NCBI RefSeq assembly: GCF_009914755.1
Contig: NC_060928.1
Reading direction: 5' to 3' (one strand)
Origin: the human T2T-CHM13v2.0 reference genome, Homo sapiens
DNA: 64,000 nucleotides
The notes under the pieces are model-generated. The model was given only the letters and a program-made list of their open reading frames with translations, ran no database searches and was not told the origin of the DNA. The translations under genes and the position numbers were made by a program. Positions 50,243 through 63,799 of this stretch are shown piece by piece; the stretch's first letter is position 1; every line of letters begins with the position of its first letter.

Positions 50243-50599
50243 AAACACCACCCTTCATGAGCCTTTGTTAATATACTGGGCTCGCAATGCTGACATCATT
50301 AGTATAGTTGTCTATTTCTCCACGCAGGCAGTAAATGCTGAGGGTAGAAATCGTATCTTATTCTTGTTTTTTCTTCTAGTTCAGCACAGGAAATGTCTAA
50401 GAAATGAATAAATGAATGCATGCAAGCTCTGAGGTCTTGACAATAACCTACTTCGAGTTTGAAAATGCAGCACCGGAATGTTTGCGTTCGACTTACCAGA
50501 AGCTTCTCCCTTGCCTCTTGGCTGTGAACCTCCACAGCGCCCTCCCACAGTATGTCAATGGTGTTGTTGGATCAGCATTCCCCCTATTCTGGAATGTTT

Positions 50600-51065
50600 T
50601 TCTCTTTCTGTTCATTTGTGTTGTTTGCATTGGAGGTACCCCGATCTTAACAGAGCTATTTCTCTGACTTTAGGTGATGACCCAGGGATGGGCACCCAAC
50701 ATAAGGTGAGCCAATTTCTAAACCTGTGACCAGAATGCATGCGAGTCAGTTTCTCTCCAGGCATGGGAAGACAAGTTTTCTGCCACATGGAGTAAGCCAG
50801 ACCATAGAGTATGATGTAGAGACCACAGAACGAAGGAAAGGTAGAGATAGAGTAGGTATCCTGGCACCATTTCTAAACCCCTGGTTCCAGTTTTTTAATA
50901 GCCAGCAGACCCCTACATATTTCCTGTTGGGTGATTCAGCTGTCAAGTGACACAAGATGCTTCCAGTAAGTTCTTTATTCAGTGGAGTTATGGGTCTTAA
51001 CAATACCACTGGCTTTTGTCAGTTTGATGTAGATTTCTGTCACTGGAGAAAACTAAGTCCAAAAT
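50600..51065 (+). mobile_element. Old MLT1K/L-like LTR
   Basis: CAGGGATGGGCACCCAACATAAGGTGAGCCAAT, CCCCTGGTTCCAG, GATTTCTGTCACT. Confidence 0.55.
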
Positions 51066-53230
51066 CACACAATCCAAATGTGCCAGAGAAGCATGTGGCT
51101 GGGTAGACAGTGACTTGTGGTTATGACTAAGTCTCTATTCTAGACACCATCATTTCCTCAACTCTATCAGGAAAGAGGCCTAGAATGTTTGCTTGGGAAT
51201 GCAAATATTCGTTAAACCAAGAGACAGGTCATGGTTGTACCAGAAAAGGCAGAAGGGGCTTTTTGCTTTTCATTTATAAACTAGAATAGGTCGTAAAAAT
51301 CATTTTACTGAATGAACTCTGGCTTTCTTGCCCTCATTTTTTTAATCCATAAAATCTACATAGTTCTAAGTTTTGTTGTGAAGATTAAATAATATAATAA
51401 TGTGAAATACGTAGCATTTCACATTCTTGACATGGAGTAATAAATATAGCTCTTCTAATTATTCCTTTTCTTGTAAAAATCATGACATAGTCTTCTAATT
51501 TTTAAGTTATTTCTTGTTTCAAAAGTTAATGTCTTAGATAAAGCAGAGATTTCCTGTGCCGCCATCACTCTTGTTATTTAGCGTTCTATTATCATTTGCT
51601 GAATCACTAAATCTCCAGTGATTTGCATGTTTGGTTTGGTTAATAAATAGTAAAAATAATACCACAACAAATTAAGATGGTTTTATTTTTAAAGCAGCCT
51701 AGAAAATGGCTGGTCAACAGCCCAACATGGGACTGGATGATAGGCATTTCTCTAGATAAAGCATCTACCACCACTGACCATTACTAACTCAACAAAATTG
51801 TCCCACTTTGCCACATAGATATTTAAACAGCTTGTCTTGTCAGGACCTGATGCTGAGCTGTCAGACAAAATTGAGTCTCTGAATTTTGCCATATTTTGTA
51901 GTGACCAGAATCTCACTATGAGAGACAGCAGGTTTAAGTGGCAGAATTAGACTTCTCTCTTCAATGTATTTTTCTGGAGAAGTTGAAATTCTACTTCTGA
52001 GGCTTGGGACAACCTCTGTAGCCTAAGCCGCTCAGTCTGAGGTTGCTTCAGGGATGGGAAAGTGATCTCAATTCTAGATAATCATAGAGCCCTGCCTGTG
52101 CTCTGGCCTCCAAAAAGGCCATGGGTGAAAAGTGGGGTGACAGGGGTAGTTCTTCTCCTTTCTCCATTGTCCACCGGGTCCCCACATATGAAAAATTGGT
52201 TCAGAGAATGGTATTCAGAATCAAGATGGAGAACCACAAAGGAAGTTAAATGTAAGCTAGACGCTGTTTTTCAATGGGCAGAGATGGGGCTCTCTGGGCT
52301 ACATGACCTCGGGAAATGGGGATAATCAAAATTGCCTGTGAAGTTTTTGTCAAATTATCAAAACCCCTTTATAGGAGACTATCAGAGTAAATTTGGATCA
52401 GAAAAGCTCTGAGACTATTCTGTTTGCAATTTAAAAAACCTGATGATTTTAACATACCACTATCACTGCTACTCCAGAAAAATAGCAGTTTTCTCCAGAC
52501 CATTTTCTCACTGAAAACCTCCTCTGCCATGCTGACCAAGAATTCAATTCCACTGTTGCTACATCACACAGAAGAGAAGAGTAGGTGGTAGTGCCACTGG
52601 CCCTGCGGTTTAGTCCTTCTGATCTCTTGATCAGCTCTCTTCCTAATATTGCCCTACTATGCCTGAGTCCAGAACCCTTCAACACACCTCCCCAAAATCT
52701 CCCTGCACCCCAGAGTAGACCATGTGCTTCCCTTGTAATCTAGTTCCATATAATAAAGGAGCTAGAAGACAGCTTTGAGCTCACTCAGTCTGTTCAACTC
52801 CAGCTGCTTCATAGCCAAAGGAGGAAAAGTGAGGTTCTCAAGATGAACAAGTGAAAGAAGAAAATTTAGCATTTAATGTGTCATAATTCACTCTGTTTTG
52901 CATTTGTATGACCAAGTTCTTTACTACTGGCATATACCTTCTTTGTGAAGTGATCAATAGGAAAATCACACACCAATCTCTTATTATGCTGATCTCTCCC
53001 CACTTTATTATTATCCCCACATCATGCATGTCCAGGGTGAACAAAGAAAGACACCTCCTTTCAAGGATCCAATGTATAAGTGCAGAAGAGTAAGTAAATA
53101 TACTATGCCAAAGCTACTCAAGAATTCATTCAGCTACCATAATGGTGTTTATGTAGAATTTACAAAAAAATTAAAAAAAAAAAAACAGCAAAAAGTAGCC
53201 GCAACAAAACCAACATTGATAGGTTGAACA

Positions 53231-54157
53231 TTGTGGACTTTGGCCCCAGTATTCATTCTCTTCTGATAACAGAATTTCTGTTTTCCTTCTGGGCATTCAT
53301 GTCTCCTTCATTCTCAATCATGTATTCTGAGCACAACGTGGGTGAAAACTGTGACACAGACTGGTGTACTAGCTTTCTTGATGCAGCTGTCGCAAATTAA
53401 CACAAATTTAGCGATTTACAGTTCTGGAGGTCAGAAGTCCAAAATGGTTTTCATGATACCAAAATTGAGACATCAGCAGGCAAGGCTAGTTCCTTTTGGA
53501 GACTCCGGAAGGAGAATATGTTCCTTGCCACTTCCAGCCTGCACAGGCTTCTGGCAACCCTTGGTTTGTGGCCACATCACTCCAATCTCGGATTCCACTG
53601 TCACAGTGCTTTTTGTACCATGACCTCTAACTCTTTTGCTTTTCTGCTATAAGAACCCTTATAATCACATTGGATAATATTTCCATCTCAAAATCCTTAA
53701 TATAATCATGTCTGCAAAATCCCTTCGGTCATAAGGTAACATATGTTCTGGGGATCAGGACATTCATACCTTTGGGGTGTTCTTACTTAGTCTAACACAA
53801 CCAGCCAATCAAAGCAGCAAACATCTTCAGCAACAGTCATTGTTTTGGATAAGTAAATGGCCCAGGTTGATCCACTCAGAGAGAATCCTGGGACTTGTGA
53901 ACTGGCACTGAGGGAAGCAAGTTCTCACTCTAGGCCGCCTTGGAGCTGTGAAGCAATGGGCTAGCACTGGCACCCCTGCAGCTGTTCTGTCACTCCACGT
54001 GTGTAACTTGTATCTGAGCAAGAGTTACCACAGTGATTGAGCCTCTGGTCAGGTCTATGTCTAGGCTACTATTTTGAAAGCAAATGTGCTTCCATTTGCT
54101 GAAGTCAATTGAAATTTTGTGTGTGTGTCATTTTCAGTTGAAAAAAAGTCTTACCAG
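53231..54157 (+). mobile_element. MLT1K-like LTR interrupted by a younger MLT1
   Basis: CCCCAGTATTCATTCTCTTCTGATAACAG...GTGACACAGACTGG [insert] CCAATCAAAGC...GAGAATCCTGGGACTT. Confidence 0.65.
53365..53799 (-). mobile_element. MLT1C/D solo LTR
   Basis: TTACAGTTCTGGAGGTCAGAAGTCCAAAATGG, GGATAATATTTCCATCTCAAAATCCTTAA, TAAGGTAACATA. TSD ACTGG/ACCAG. Confidence 0.88.
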
Positions 54158-54164
54158 TTATAAA

Positions 54165-54400
54165 TAATAATAATCTATTGATTTCTTACGCTCTACCCAG
54201 CACTCTAAGAGTTTTACATGGATGATCTCACTTTATCCTTACACAGCCCTATAATTAGGTGGTTACTGTTATTATCCTCACTTCCTATGAGAAGGCTCGA
54301 GGCTTAAAGAAGCTGAGTGATCAGCTCATGGACACAGAGCTGGTTACTAGAGAAGCCTGGATATCATAGTCTGTCTTCAAAGACTTAACCACTCTGCTAA
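54165..54400 (-). mobile_element. MIR
   Basis: Near full-length antisense MIR (TTTACATGGATGATCTCAC...TTATTATCCTCACTT...GGACACAGAGCTGG). Confidence 0.75.
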
Positions 54401-55069
54401 AAATTACCTTGTGATGTCGAAGGAAAAGGCTGAGTAAAATGGCAGGGTCCATATAATAAAATTATAATAATATAAACAAACTCTGCATAGCAACCATTAT
54501 AGAGAGGCAATATCTTTGGGGAATCATTTTGTACTTTTTCCTACATATTGTAAATTTTCTATAATTACAGTTTCTCACCTTTTTAATAGAAACTAATTTT
54601 TATTTAACCAGAGATGACCTTTTTCTCTGCACAACTGTGTCTGAGTATTGGTCTTGTGATCATAAGAATGGCAGGTAAGACTTTGAAGCCTAGTGCAACA
54701 TGCTACTAATTGCTGCATTTGCACTCATCTTCCTTGAAGTTGGGCTGCAAATGTACATGCATGCTTCACCCGTTGTGCTGGTGACATTAATAAGAAATTA
54801 CATTTATTTTTCCTAGCAGAGGACTGGATAAGTAGGTCTCTGATAGATGTAATTATCGCAAGGTTTCAAAATGAATTATTTTTTAACAAATACAAAAACT
54901 TAAATATGTATGACATGTACATACCTATATGTTGGTTTATAAATACAGTCATCGTGAAAACTCTACTTAAACTTGCCATTCAAATGCTAACTTGGTTAAT
55001 GAATCTCTCTGTTATTTGTCTATGTCACAGTGTCTCTAACTTGAAGTAACATGAACTTGGCATTTTGGG

Positions 55070-55280
55070 GACAGATACTGTGTACCAGACATATTGTCAG
55101 GTAATTTAACCACATCATCTCATTTAATCCTCACAAAAACTCTATGAGGTGAGGAAACTACATCTTTTAGATAAGGAACCTGCAGCTATGAGCTTATGAG
55201 ATTTGCTCTGGGTAACACAGTATGCAAGAGTGAGAGCTGTGACAGACTGTGGTCTATCTGATACCAAAACATTTTTATCT
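55070..55280 (-). mobile_element. MIR
   Basis: TCTCATTTAATCCTCACAAAAACTCTATGAGGT. Confidence 0.8.
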
Positions 55281-55399
55281 CCCCCTTCACATTCCTGTGT
55301 TTTCATCTGTGAAACCCTATAGTATTATGCAAAGCATCACCTTACCTATTGTGTTTTATAGACTGCCTACTTCTGAGAAGGAATGAGAATTAGAGGACC

Positions 55400-55565
55400 A
55401 TATGAACTTCAGAGTTACATTTGGATTTCAGTCCTGGCCCTAGTAAATGCTAGCTATGGGACCTTGGGCAAGTTACATGACCTTGGTAAACGCCTTCATC
55501 TGAATATAAGGAAAATAACTGCACCCCTGTAGAGTTGCTATGAGCAGAAATAAAGGGATACATCC
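55400..55565 (+). mobile_element. MIR
   Basis: TAGCTATGGGACCTTGGGCAAGTTAC. Confidence 0.8.
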
Positions 55566-57030
55566 AAAGTTGTCGCAATAGAGGCTGGTTTGTGTTCCCT
55601 CTTTCCCAGCCTTTAGGAAGGTTGGAATAGTTCTGTAAATGTGGCCTGATGGATTAGCTAAATTAAATTAAATTAAAACCCCTTCTTTCCTATTCCCTGA
55701 CCACATTCCTCTTTCAAAAAGATGTGTAGGCAGAAGAAGGAATGAATAGCTGGCATTCTGATGAAAATACCCCATATTTCTGGCAAAGAGGATTCATGCA
55801 ATAGATCAGAGCTCGTGTGGCAGGTTTCATTTTTATAGCCTGATGAGTGGCACATTTTGCTTCTCTTGTTTGCTTTTATCTTGAGGTCAAAGAAATGATG
55901 CAATCACAAGTGCACACCCTTCATTTCTTGAACATCTGTGCTCATAGCATATGTCTGCCTAGACAAGTGGATTCATCTTGCTGCTATCTGGTCTCTTCTG
56001 TGTTGGCTCCTTTGAATCATGGTCCATTTATTTTGACCATTCCTGCCAAATAATGACAAGTTTAAGGGGAAATCAGGAAAAGGGAAATGTTTGTTTTCCA
56101 TCTGGAAAGAACTCTGAGATGTTTATTAGCCTCTTTCTCTCTTAAATCATCAAGGTTTAAGTATGTTCAAGAGCCACAAGGCCCGAAGTTAAGTTATTAC
56201 TATTGGCTTATCTTGAGCAAATTTTGGCTTGTAGACAGACACCCATGTGGTTTGAATTTCTTCCATAATAAGCTTAAAATATGAGGGTGTAATCAGTGAG
56301 TCTTGAAGTTGAATGAATTTACGAGCATGCAAACTCTTGAGATAAGCCAAGTGCCTGTGGCAATACCCCATCCTAATGAGAGGCTTTCCAGGGATTTCCT
56401 GAAAAAAATTATTTTCACTACTGCAACATGATTGTTGTTAGAAGCTCTCCTTAGAACATCATCCAAATAAGAATTTGGAAAAGTGGGAGACATCTTTGAT
56501 ACCTCCTTCTTCCTCTCTCCAAGCATCAAGTCCTGTGGGTTTTTCACCTTTCCATTCTCTCTCAATTAAGCATCGAATTGCCTTCTAATATCTGCCATTT
56601 GACCCTCTACTGTGTTCATCTTGCAGCCAACTATGAGTTTTCATCAACAAAATCTGATCACATAATGACCTGTTCACTGTATCTCCATTATGTAGCACTG
56701 TGACTAACACATGTTAGATGCTTGATAAGGCATTGCTGCATGACTAATGCACCACTGTATAAGTGAACTGGGGAACTTTAAGCACATTTCACCTCCATTT
56801 TTCTTACCTGAGATGAATATTTGGATACATACTATTCAAGTGGATTGAGGGACATAATGTATTTGATCCAGATGTATGTGAAAGGTACCATAGACCAGCA
56901 AGACTACTTAACTCAATCAGAATTTTACTTTCCAATAGAATAGTGTTGTAATGATATTTTGGTGTTTGGTCTTGAGGGCTCTCTCTTGAGAGTGATCCTA
57001 AGTCAAGATAACAACTCTCTTGGAGAGTCA

Positions 57031-57562
57031 TGATAGGGGAAATGTTAGGTTTGAGTGTGTGTTTCAGGTGAGATACAATGAGAAAATGAAACCAAAATGC
57101 GTGAAATAGAAAAAATATATATTTTGTACATGTCCCAGAGAGGTTACGGGTGCTGATGGGCTGCTGATGGAAAGTCCAGAGAAGGTGAGAAGCTCAACCA
57201 GCAGGGGCCAGCACAGGACCCAACCTGTGGGACTATGCCCCCATTAAGGTCTATTGGCGTTATCCCTTAGGCTTTTCCAACGGGGTTGTGGACTGGCTAA
57301 TTGAAGAGAATATATGTGAAAGGAGGAACTTATTTACATGATTCTGAGGTTCATCATTAGATTGCTCATAGTCAGCAGCTGTGGATATGCTGAGTTTTGC
57401 ATCACTGGGATGAGGAACAAGCAGAATCTATCAGAGTCACATAGGAGAGGGGAAATTATAACTAGGTCAGAGGTGACATGGCGTGCCTGGGTTTCAAATA
57501 AATTACATCAGGCCTAAAAATGAATGCTGAGGCAGCAACTATATTAAACAAATTTATGAACA
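57031..57562 (-). mobile_element. MER54-like ERVL solo LTR
   Basis: Reverse complement begins TGTTCATAAATTTGTTTAATATAGTTGCTGCCTCAGCATTCATTTTTAGGCCTGA. Confidence 0.75.
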
Positions 57563-58394
57563 CTAAATATTTAATAAGGAATTTAATAAAGAACAAGAAC
57601 CTTCGTCTGATCTTAAAATAATATTTATTCTGGTAGGACAACATAATACCTTGAAGCCCAGCTAGCGATTTTTTAAGAAGAACATATGTATTCACAGAAT
57701 CAGAGCCAGCTGGCAGTGAGTAATATCAGTAAATGAAGATCCTGTTAAGACACTCATCTCAAACTCTGTAACACCAGGAGGTACAGTGTTGTATAAAGAG
57801 GTAGGGAGGGTTGGGGAGCCTGATAGCTCAGTCCCAGGGATAAACTTGGCATATCTTCCTGCTAACAATTTCACTTGAATGATGAAGATAGTGGGGAAAC
57901 AGGTAAATGTTTATGCTTACAGTTTATATCATATCCAACAAATCTGTTTTAATTCCACACAATTACTTGTTAATTTTATGTGACAGGTTTACATTTTGAT
58001 AATAAAAGGAAAACATTAACTCTTACACATCCGATCAATTCTTTACACCAAATTCTCAAATTTGATTTTTTTTCACAAATATATAATTCTGCTGTTTCAT
58101 TTTCAACTTCAGTGAGTTTTCTCAGCGAATCTGTGTGATTTGCATGTAGTGACATCAGCATCGTTCTGTGTTTAGATCCTGCCCTGTCCCCCGACATTAT
58201 GCACAGATATAGATGTGAAGGTGTGCTTGAAACCCACTGGAATGTCCTTCCCGAAGCCTGCTGAGTTTCTCTTCCAATGTTTCATGATGGCTTCAAATAT
58301 GAATCACAGTTTTCTTATACAGTTTTGTTTCCCTGGAAGGTTTTCTTTTCTCTTCTTAAATTTTTTTGCAAATTGTGCTTTCATCTTATTCCTC

Positions 58395-58576
58395 CTCATC
58401 TTCTTCTTCTTCTTTTTTCTTTTTTTTTTTGAGAGAGTCTTGCTCTGTCACCCAGGCTGGAGGGCAGTGGCGCAATCTCGGCTCACTGCAACCTCTGTCT
58501 CCCAGGGTTGAGACAATTCTTGTACCTCAGCCTCCTGGGTTGTTGGGATTACAGCTGCTCACCATCACGCCTGGCT

Positions 58577-58631
<55 letters not shown>

Positions 58632-58758
58632 TATTTTTATTAGAGATGGTGTTTTGCCGTCTTGGCCAGGCTGGTCTCAAACTCCTGACCTCAAGTGATC
58701 CTCCTGCCTCAGCCTCCCAAAGTGCTGGGTTTACAGGCCAGAGCCACTGCGCCCAGCC
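58395..58758 (-). mobile_element. AluS/J with a microsatellite in the middle linker
   Basis: Full dimer with a (CTT)n/T tail. TSD core CTTATTCCTC (58385-58394) / CTTATGCCTC (58761-58770). Confidence 0.95.
58582..58630 (+). repeat. (TG)24 microsatellite
   Basis: Direct reading. Sits in the Alu middle A-rich linker. Confidence 0.97.
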
Positions 58759-59181
58759 TACTTATGCCTCTTGTTTCTACATTTCCAACCTTACTATCTG
58801 TTCTGATTTATCCCTTTTTAGGGGGTGATCATTCTTTTCATTCTTTTAACCCAATACAGATTATTTGCCCTGTAAAATGGCTTCATTAACAACATTCTCT
58901 AGACTTCCTGTTTCTACTGCCCTGTATTGATCTCACCACTTTCTGGTGGTCATGTCATCTTTTTTTTTTTATTTTCGTGTATGCTGGAGTACATTCTCAA
59001 GGAACTTCCTAAGAGTGTATGTGAGAAATAAACTTCATTCTTATCTTCCCTGACAATTTGGCTGTGTATAAAATTCTGGGTTGGAAACTGTTTGTCCCTT
59101 ACATCTTGGAAATCCTTTCTCTGTTGTTTTCTGGCATCCAGTGTTCCTGATGTATTTGAAGATACCCTAACCTCTCCATAA

Positions 59182-59542
<361 letters not shown>

Positions 59543-59619
59543 TAATGAGAGCTTTCAAAAAACCATCTCGTTTGGCACTTAGTGGGCCTTTTCCTTTTTA
59601 CTGGCATCATATTTGCTGA

Positions 59620-60375
59620 AGGGTTAACAAATAATTGAATCTACTCTTTCGAAGTACAGTTTAAGCTTTCATAAAGGTATACTATCATGTATTCATCACC
59701 AACTGATGATATAGAATATTTCTAGCAACACCAAGAGTTCCCTCTTGCTCCTTCTTAATTGATCTCAACTCCTCATCTCCAATTTCTGACAACCACTAAC
59801 CTTATTTCGATCTCTTTATTTTGTCTTTGCCAGAATGTGACATAAATAGACTCAAACAGTATACAGACCTTTGTGTCTCACTTCTTTCACATAATACTTT
59901 TGAGATTTATTCATGTTGTTGAATATATCAGTAGCTTGTTTCTTATTATTACTGTAGTATTCCATTATTGTTTATTGTTACTGTAGCATTCCATTGTTGG
60001 TATGTACCAAAATTTATTTATCCAATCACCAACTGATGATTTGATGGTCCTTTGAGTTGCTTCTTGATATCATATAAAGATGCTATAAACTTTTATTTAC
60101 AGGTGTTTGTGTGGCCAGATATTTTGACTTCTCTTGGGCAAATAACTAGGAGTGAGACTCTTGGGTCATCTGGTAATTACTTATTTATGTTTATAAGGTA
60201 TCGACAATTATTTTTTCTAAAGAGGCTGTACTGTTTTATATTTCTACTTGCAGTGCATGAAAGTATAAGTTTGTCTGAATATTCATCAACAGTTAGTATT
60301 TTCCATTTTTCCCTATTTATTTTTTAATATTAACTATTCTAGTGGAAGTGTGGTTGTATCTTATTGTGGATGGGA
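59620..60375 (-). mobile_element. L1ME/MB 3' region; older L1M remnants flank it at about 58960-59210 and 60375-60880
   Basis: TTTGAGATTTATTCATGTTGTTGAATATATCAGTAG, TATTCCATT, CTCTTGGGCAAATAACTAGGAGTGAGA. Confidence 0.82.
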
Positions 60376-60906
60376 CATTTTCCATTTGAAGATTTCCATT
60401 TCCTTCAGTTCTACACACTTTTCTTGTATTATATCTTTGGCAATATCCTTCCCTGTCTTGTCGCTATTACTCTTGTCCAGGATTCCTTTTATTCAATGCC
60501 GGGACCACTGGATTTGTTTCTTCTCTTACATTCTTCTCTATCTTTTTATATCTAAGTTCTGTGCAATTTCTTTGACTTTACCTTTAGCCCATGTATTTTT
60601 TCCCTTTAATTTTACATGTAGTATTTTTTAACCCCCAAGAAGTCTTGTTATCTTACAATTTCTTTTTTTCCAACGCCCTATTCTGGTTTTTTGAAGGCAA
60701 GTTGTCCTCAAATTTTTGTCAAGATGTGAATTGGAATCTGTTTCCTGATTAGAGCAATCTATTTCTCCTTGAGTCTTTATTTCTCAATTATTTATCTTCG
60801 TCTTCCTCCATCAAGCTTTCTTCATATTTCCTGTATTATCTTTTCACATTAAGGAATTAGGCAAAAGGAGGCTTCCTGGAAGTTCCATGTAAAAATGAAC
60901 AAGGCG

Positions 60907-61169
60907 GGCCGGGCGCAGTGGCTCACATTTGTAATCCCAGAGCACTTTGGGAGGCTGAGGTTGGTGGATCACCTGAGATCAGAAGTTCAAGACCAGCCTG
61001 GCCAACGTGGTGAAATGCCATCTCTACTAAAAATAAAAAAAAAAAAAAAAAAATTATCTGGGCCTGGTGGCAGATGCCTGTAATCCCAGCTACTTGGGAG
61101 GCTGAGGCAGGAGAATTGCTTGAACCTGGGAGGCAGAGGTTGCAGTCAGCTGAGATTGCACCACTGCAC
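60907..61169 (+). mobile_element. AluS lacking its 3' end and poly(A) tail
   Basis: GGCCGGGCGCAGTGGCTCAC start and expanded middle A-tract. Stops at CCACTGCAC. Confidence 0.94.
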
Positions 61170-61359
61170 AAGGCAAACAGAACAACAGACCTTGCTTTAA
61201 TTTGTCTCCTTTCCTGTTCATTTGTACATATATATAAAAAAAGGCAAGAGCTCTGGTTTAAATCATTGAACATCCAGCTGCAAAGGGGGAAATGCTGCAG
61301 TGGATATCTATTAAGAATCAGCTATGTTCCTAAACCCTTTCAAATAATAGCAATACATG

Positions 61360-61580
61360 AACAGTTATCTAGTGCTTATAATTTTCAAGACCACCTTCCA
61401 AACACTTCATTTATTTAATCCTCACAAGAACGCTGTCAGAAATGCCTATTACTATTATTCCTCTTTAGAGATGTGGAAATTGGCACACAGAGAGGTTAAG
61501 TAATGTGTCTAAGGTTGCACAGCTGATCAGTGGCAAAGCTGGGTTTGAAAGACAGTGGTTTTGATCCATTGTCTTTGCTG
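61360..61580 (-). mobile_element. MIR (well preserved)
   Basis: ATTTAATCCTCACAAG...GGCACACAGAGAGGTTAAGTAATGTGTCTAAGGTTGCACAGCTG...GTGGCAAAGCTGGGTTTGAA. Confidence 0.88.
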
Positions 61581-62771
61581 CTAGGCAGTGTTCTAGACTG
61601 GCTCTTAGACATCGACTTTCTCCCTGAATCCCTCTAACAAATTGGTGAGGTGGCCATTATCATTGCCACTTTATAAAAGAGATTTCTGAGGCCCAAAGAG
61701 ATCGAATGACAAACTTGATTCCCCAAAGTCAGATGAGTAGAATCTGTCTGACTCCAAAGCCTGAATTCTATTGCCTCAGATTTGTCCAAAGAATGATAAT
61801 TTTAAATACTTACAAATGAAGATTTCTTGACAATTAAATCAATGTTTATTTGAAGTAGGGTAACATATGAACTCAATATTTTGTTTTAAATGATAAAAAC
61901 AACAAAAAAATCTTGTTACTAATGATCTGTGAGAACTGTCTCTTTTACTTTGGAATGAACAATTAAGATTTAACATATCAATTATGTTGTTTCTCAATAA
62001 CATAACGGATCAATAACCTTCATTTTGTGTTCTTCTTAATTACTGCATTGGGGTTTCTGCAGAGATATTCTGAACCAGATCTTGTGTATTAATCTTTGCA
62101 CATAGTCCTTGTTCCTCACAATGGAGCAATCAGCCCTTGATTAATGTTAGCATTAAACTAACTGCTATCTAATCAGTTGACAAAATGCCGGTTTTGACTC
62201 TGGTTTTCTGTGGTCTGTTTGTTTCTGATGTTTCTGATTGGTGTTTGCTATGGGGAAGAATAAAGAAATACGACATACATTATTCATTGAAGTGAATAGA
62301 AGGGTTTTTTTTGATATTCCCTCAGGCTTTGACAGAATGACAGAGCAGTAACTCAAGGCCTAAATGTAAACCATCACCCTCCCTGCCCTGCTATTTTTTG
62401 AAGAATAGCGAATTTAAACCAATCATCCAATAAGTAAAATGTCCCTCTAGAATCCCACATCATAAAAAATGATACCAACAGCTGCCAAATTGCCCATGAA
62501 AAAAAAAGAAGACTGTTAGTGAATGTTTGTTCTTTGCCTTGTATTCCTTCCAGATTCTTTCAGATCCTTACATTGTCCTTTCTCCCCCTATTTAAAAATA
62601 ATACTTAACCATCTTTTTCTTCATCTATTTCCTGCTTTTGTAGTCATCCATCCCTACTTCTGTCCTATCTCCATCCATCAGTCTGCCACATTGGAGCAGA
62701 ATGAGCTTCCAAATACACAGCTTCAGATCACCTGCCACATGGTCAAAATTCTCCAGTGGCTCTCTAGAGTC

Positions 62772-62968
62772 CCCACTAGCTTTTCAGAGCCCTAGGGTTG
62801 AATGAGGGTGTCTCAGAGGTCCAGAAGTTCCTGAGTGGAAAGACTTCTGCCCTGTTTAAAATGAGCATTAATATTTGTATCTGCCTGTTGTGTAGAAATT
62901 CTGAATAATACATTATTAGATAAGTAAAACAAAAGGTTATACAACTAAAAAGGCTTGAAAACTATTGG
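62772..62968 (+). mobile_element. MER103C-like element within an L2
   Basis: GAGCCCTAGGGTT...GGTGTCTCAG...CTAAAAAGGCTTGAAAACTATTG. Confidence 0.6.
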
Positions 62969-63301
62969 TCTATAGGAGAAAATCTGCACTCCATCCTATG
63001 ACATACATATCCCATACAGTGACCTAGGAGGTTATTAGTGAAGAGTCCCCCATCTTCCTGTCAATCCATGTTGTGCTGCCTATGCCAGCTCACCCTTTAA
63101 AAATTTAAAATTGATCTGATTTACTTGCATCTTTCTGAACAATCTGTACCGTCTCATGCTATCTCCTTGCCTTGGCACATTTTCTTTCCTCAGCCTGGAA
63201 TCTCCTGGCTCTCTCTGATTTGCCTGGAAACTCTAATTTAGTCTTCAAGTCTCAGCTCAAGAGCTACTTTCTGTAAAGGCTTTGTAACCCATCATCTGGA
63301 C

Positions 63302-63516
63302 TAGCACTGTACAAAAGAACTTTGTGCAGTGATGGAAATGTTCTGTGTTGTCCAATCCAGTAGCCACAAACCATATGTGATTATGAAACCCTTGAAATGT
63401 GGTTACTGCAACTGAGGAGATGAATTCTAACATTTATTTATAAAATACTTTCAATTTTTTCAAATTGAAATGTAAATAACCACACAAGAGTAGTGGCTAC
63501 TGCATTGGAAGAGTAG
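63302..63516. mobile_element. MER3 hAT-Charlie MITE
   Basis: AGCACTGTACAAAAGAACTTTGTGCAGTGATGGAAATGTTCT...TTGAAATGTGGTTACTGCAACTGAGG...TAGTGGCTAC. TSD-like ATCTGGAC/CTCTAGAT. Confidence 0.88.
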
Positions 63517-63799
63517 CTCTAGATAGACCTACTTTGAAACTATTTTTATTACAATACTTTGAAAAAGTTGCATCATAATTATTTATTTACATAGACATTG
63601 ATTATGGTAGTCTATGAGCATCTGTGGGACAGGACTGTGTCTTTGCCTGTGTGAATACTTTGCTGCCAGCACTGTGTCAGGGTCATAGTAGGGATTCTTT
63701 GAATGCTGAATAAGTGGATGAAAGTAAATAGCATAATCAAGTGGGAAGTTGAGATATATAACAGGAAAATTCTGAGGGCATTGCCATCAGACACTTATC

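Larger units (their letters stand above)
62650..63722 (+). mobile_element. L2 3' region interrupted by two DNA transposons
   Basis: AAAATTCTCCAGTGGCTTCTC, TCTTCAAGTCTCAGCTCAA, ending GAATGCTGAATAAGTGGATGAA. Confidence 0.72.

Noticed and set aside
56800-57031. Minus-strand donor CAG|GTAAGA near 56808 with a 75-aa ORF; similar minus-strand donor near 5488
   Set aside because: No convincing upstream acceptor or protein similarity.
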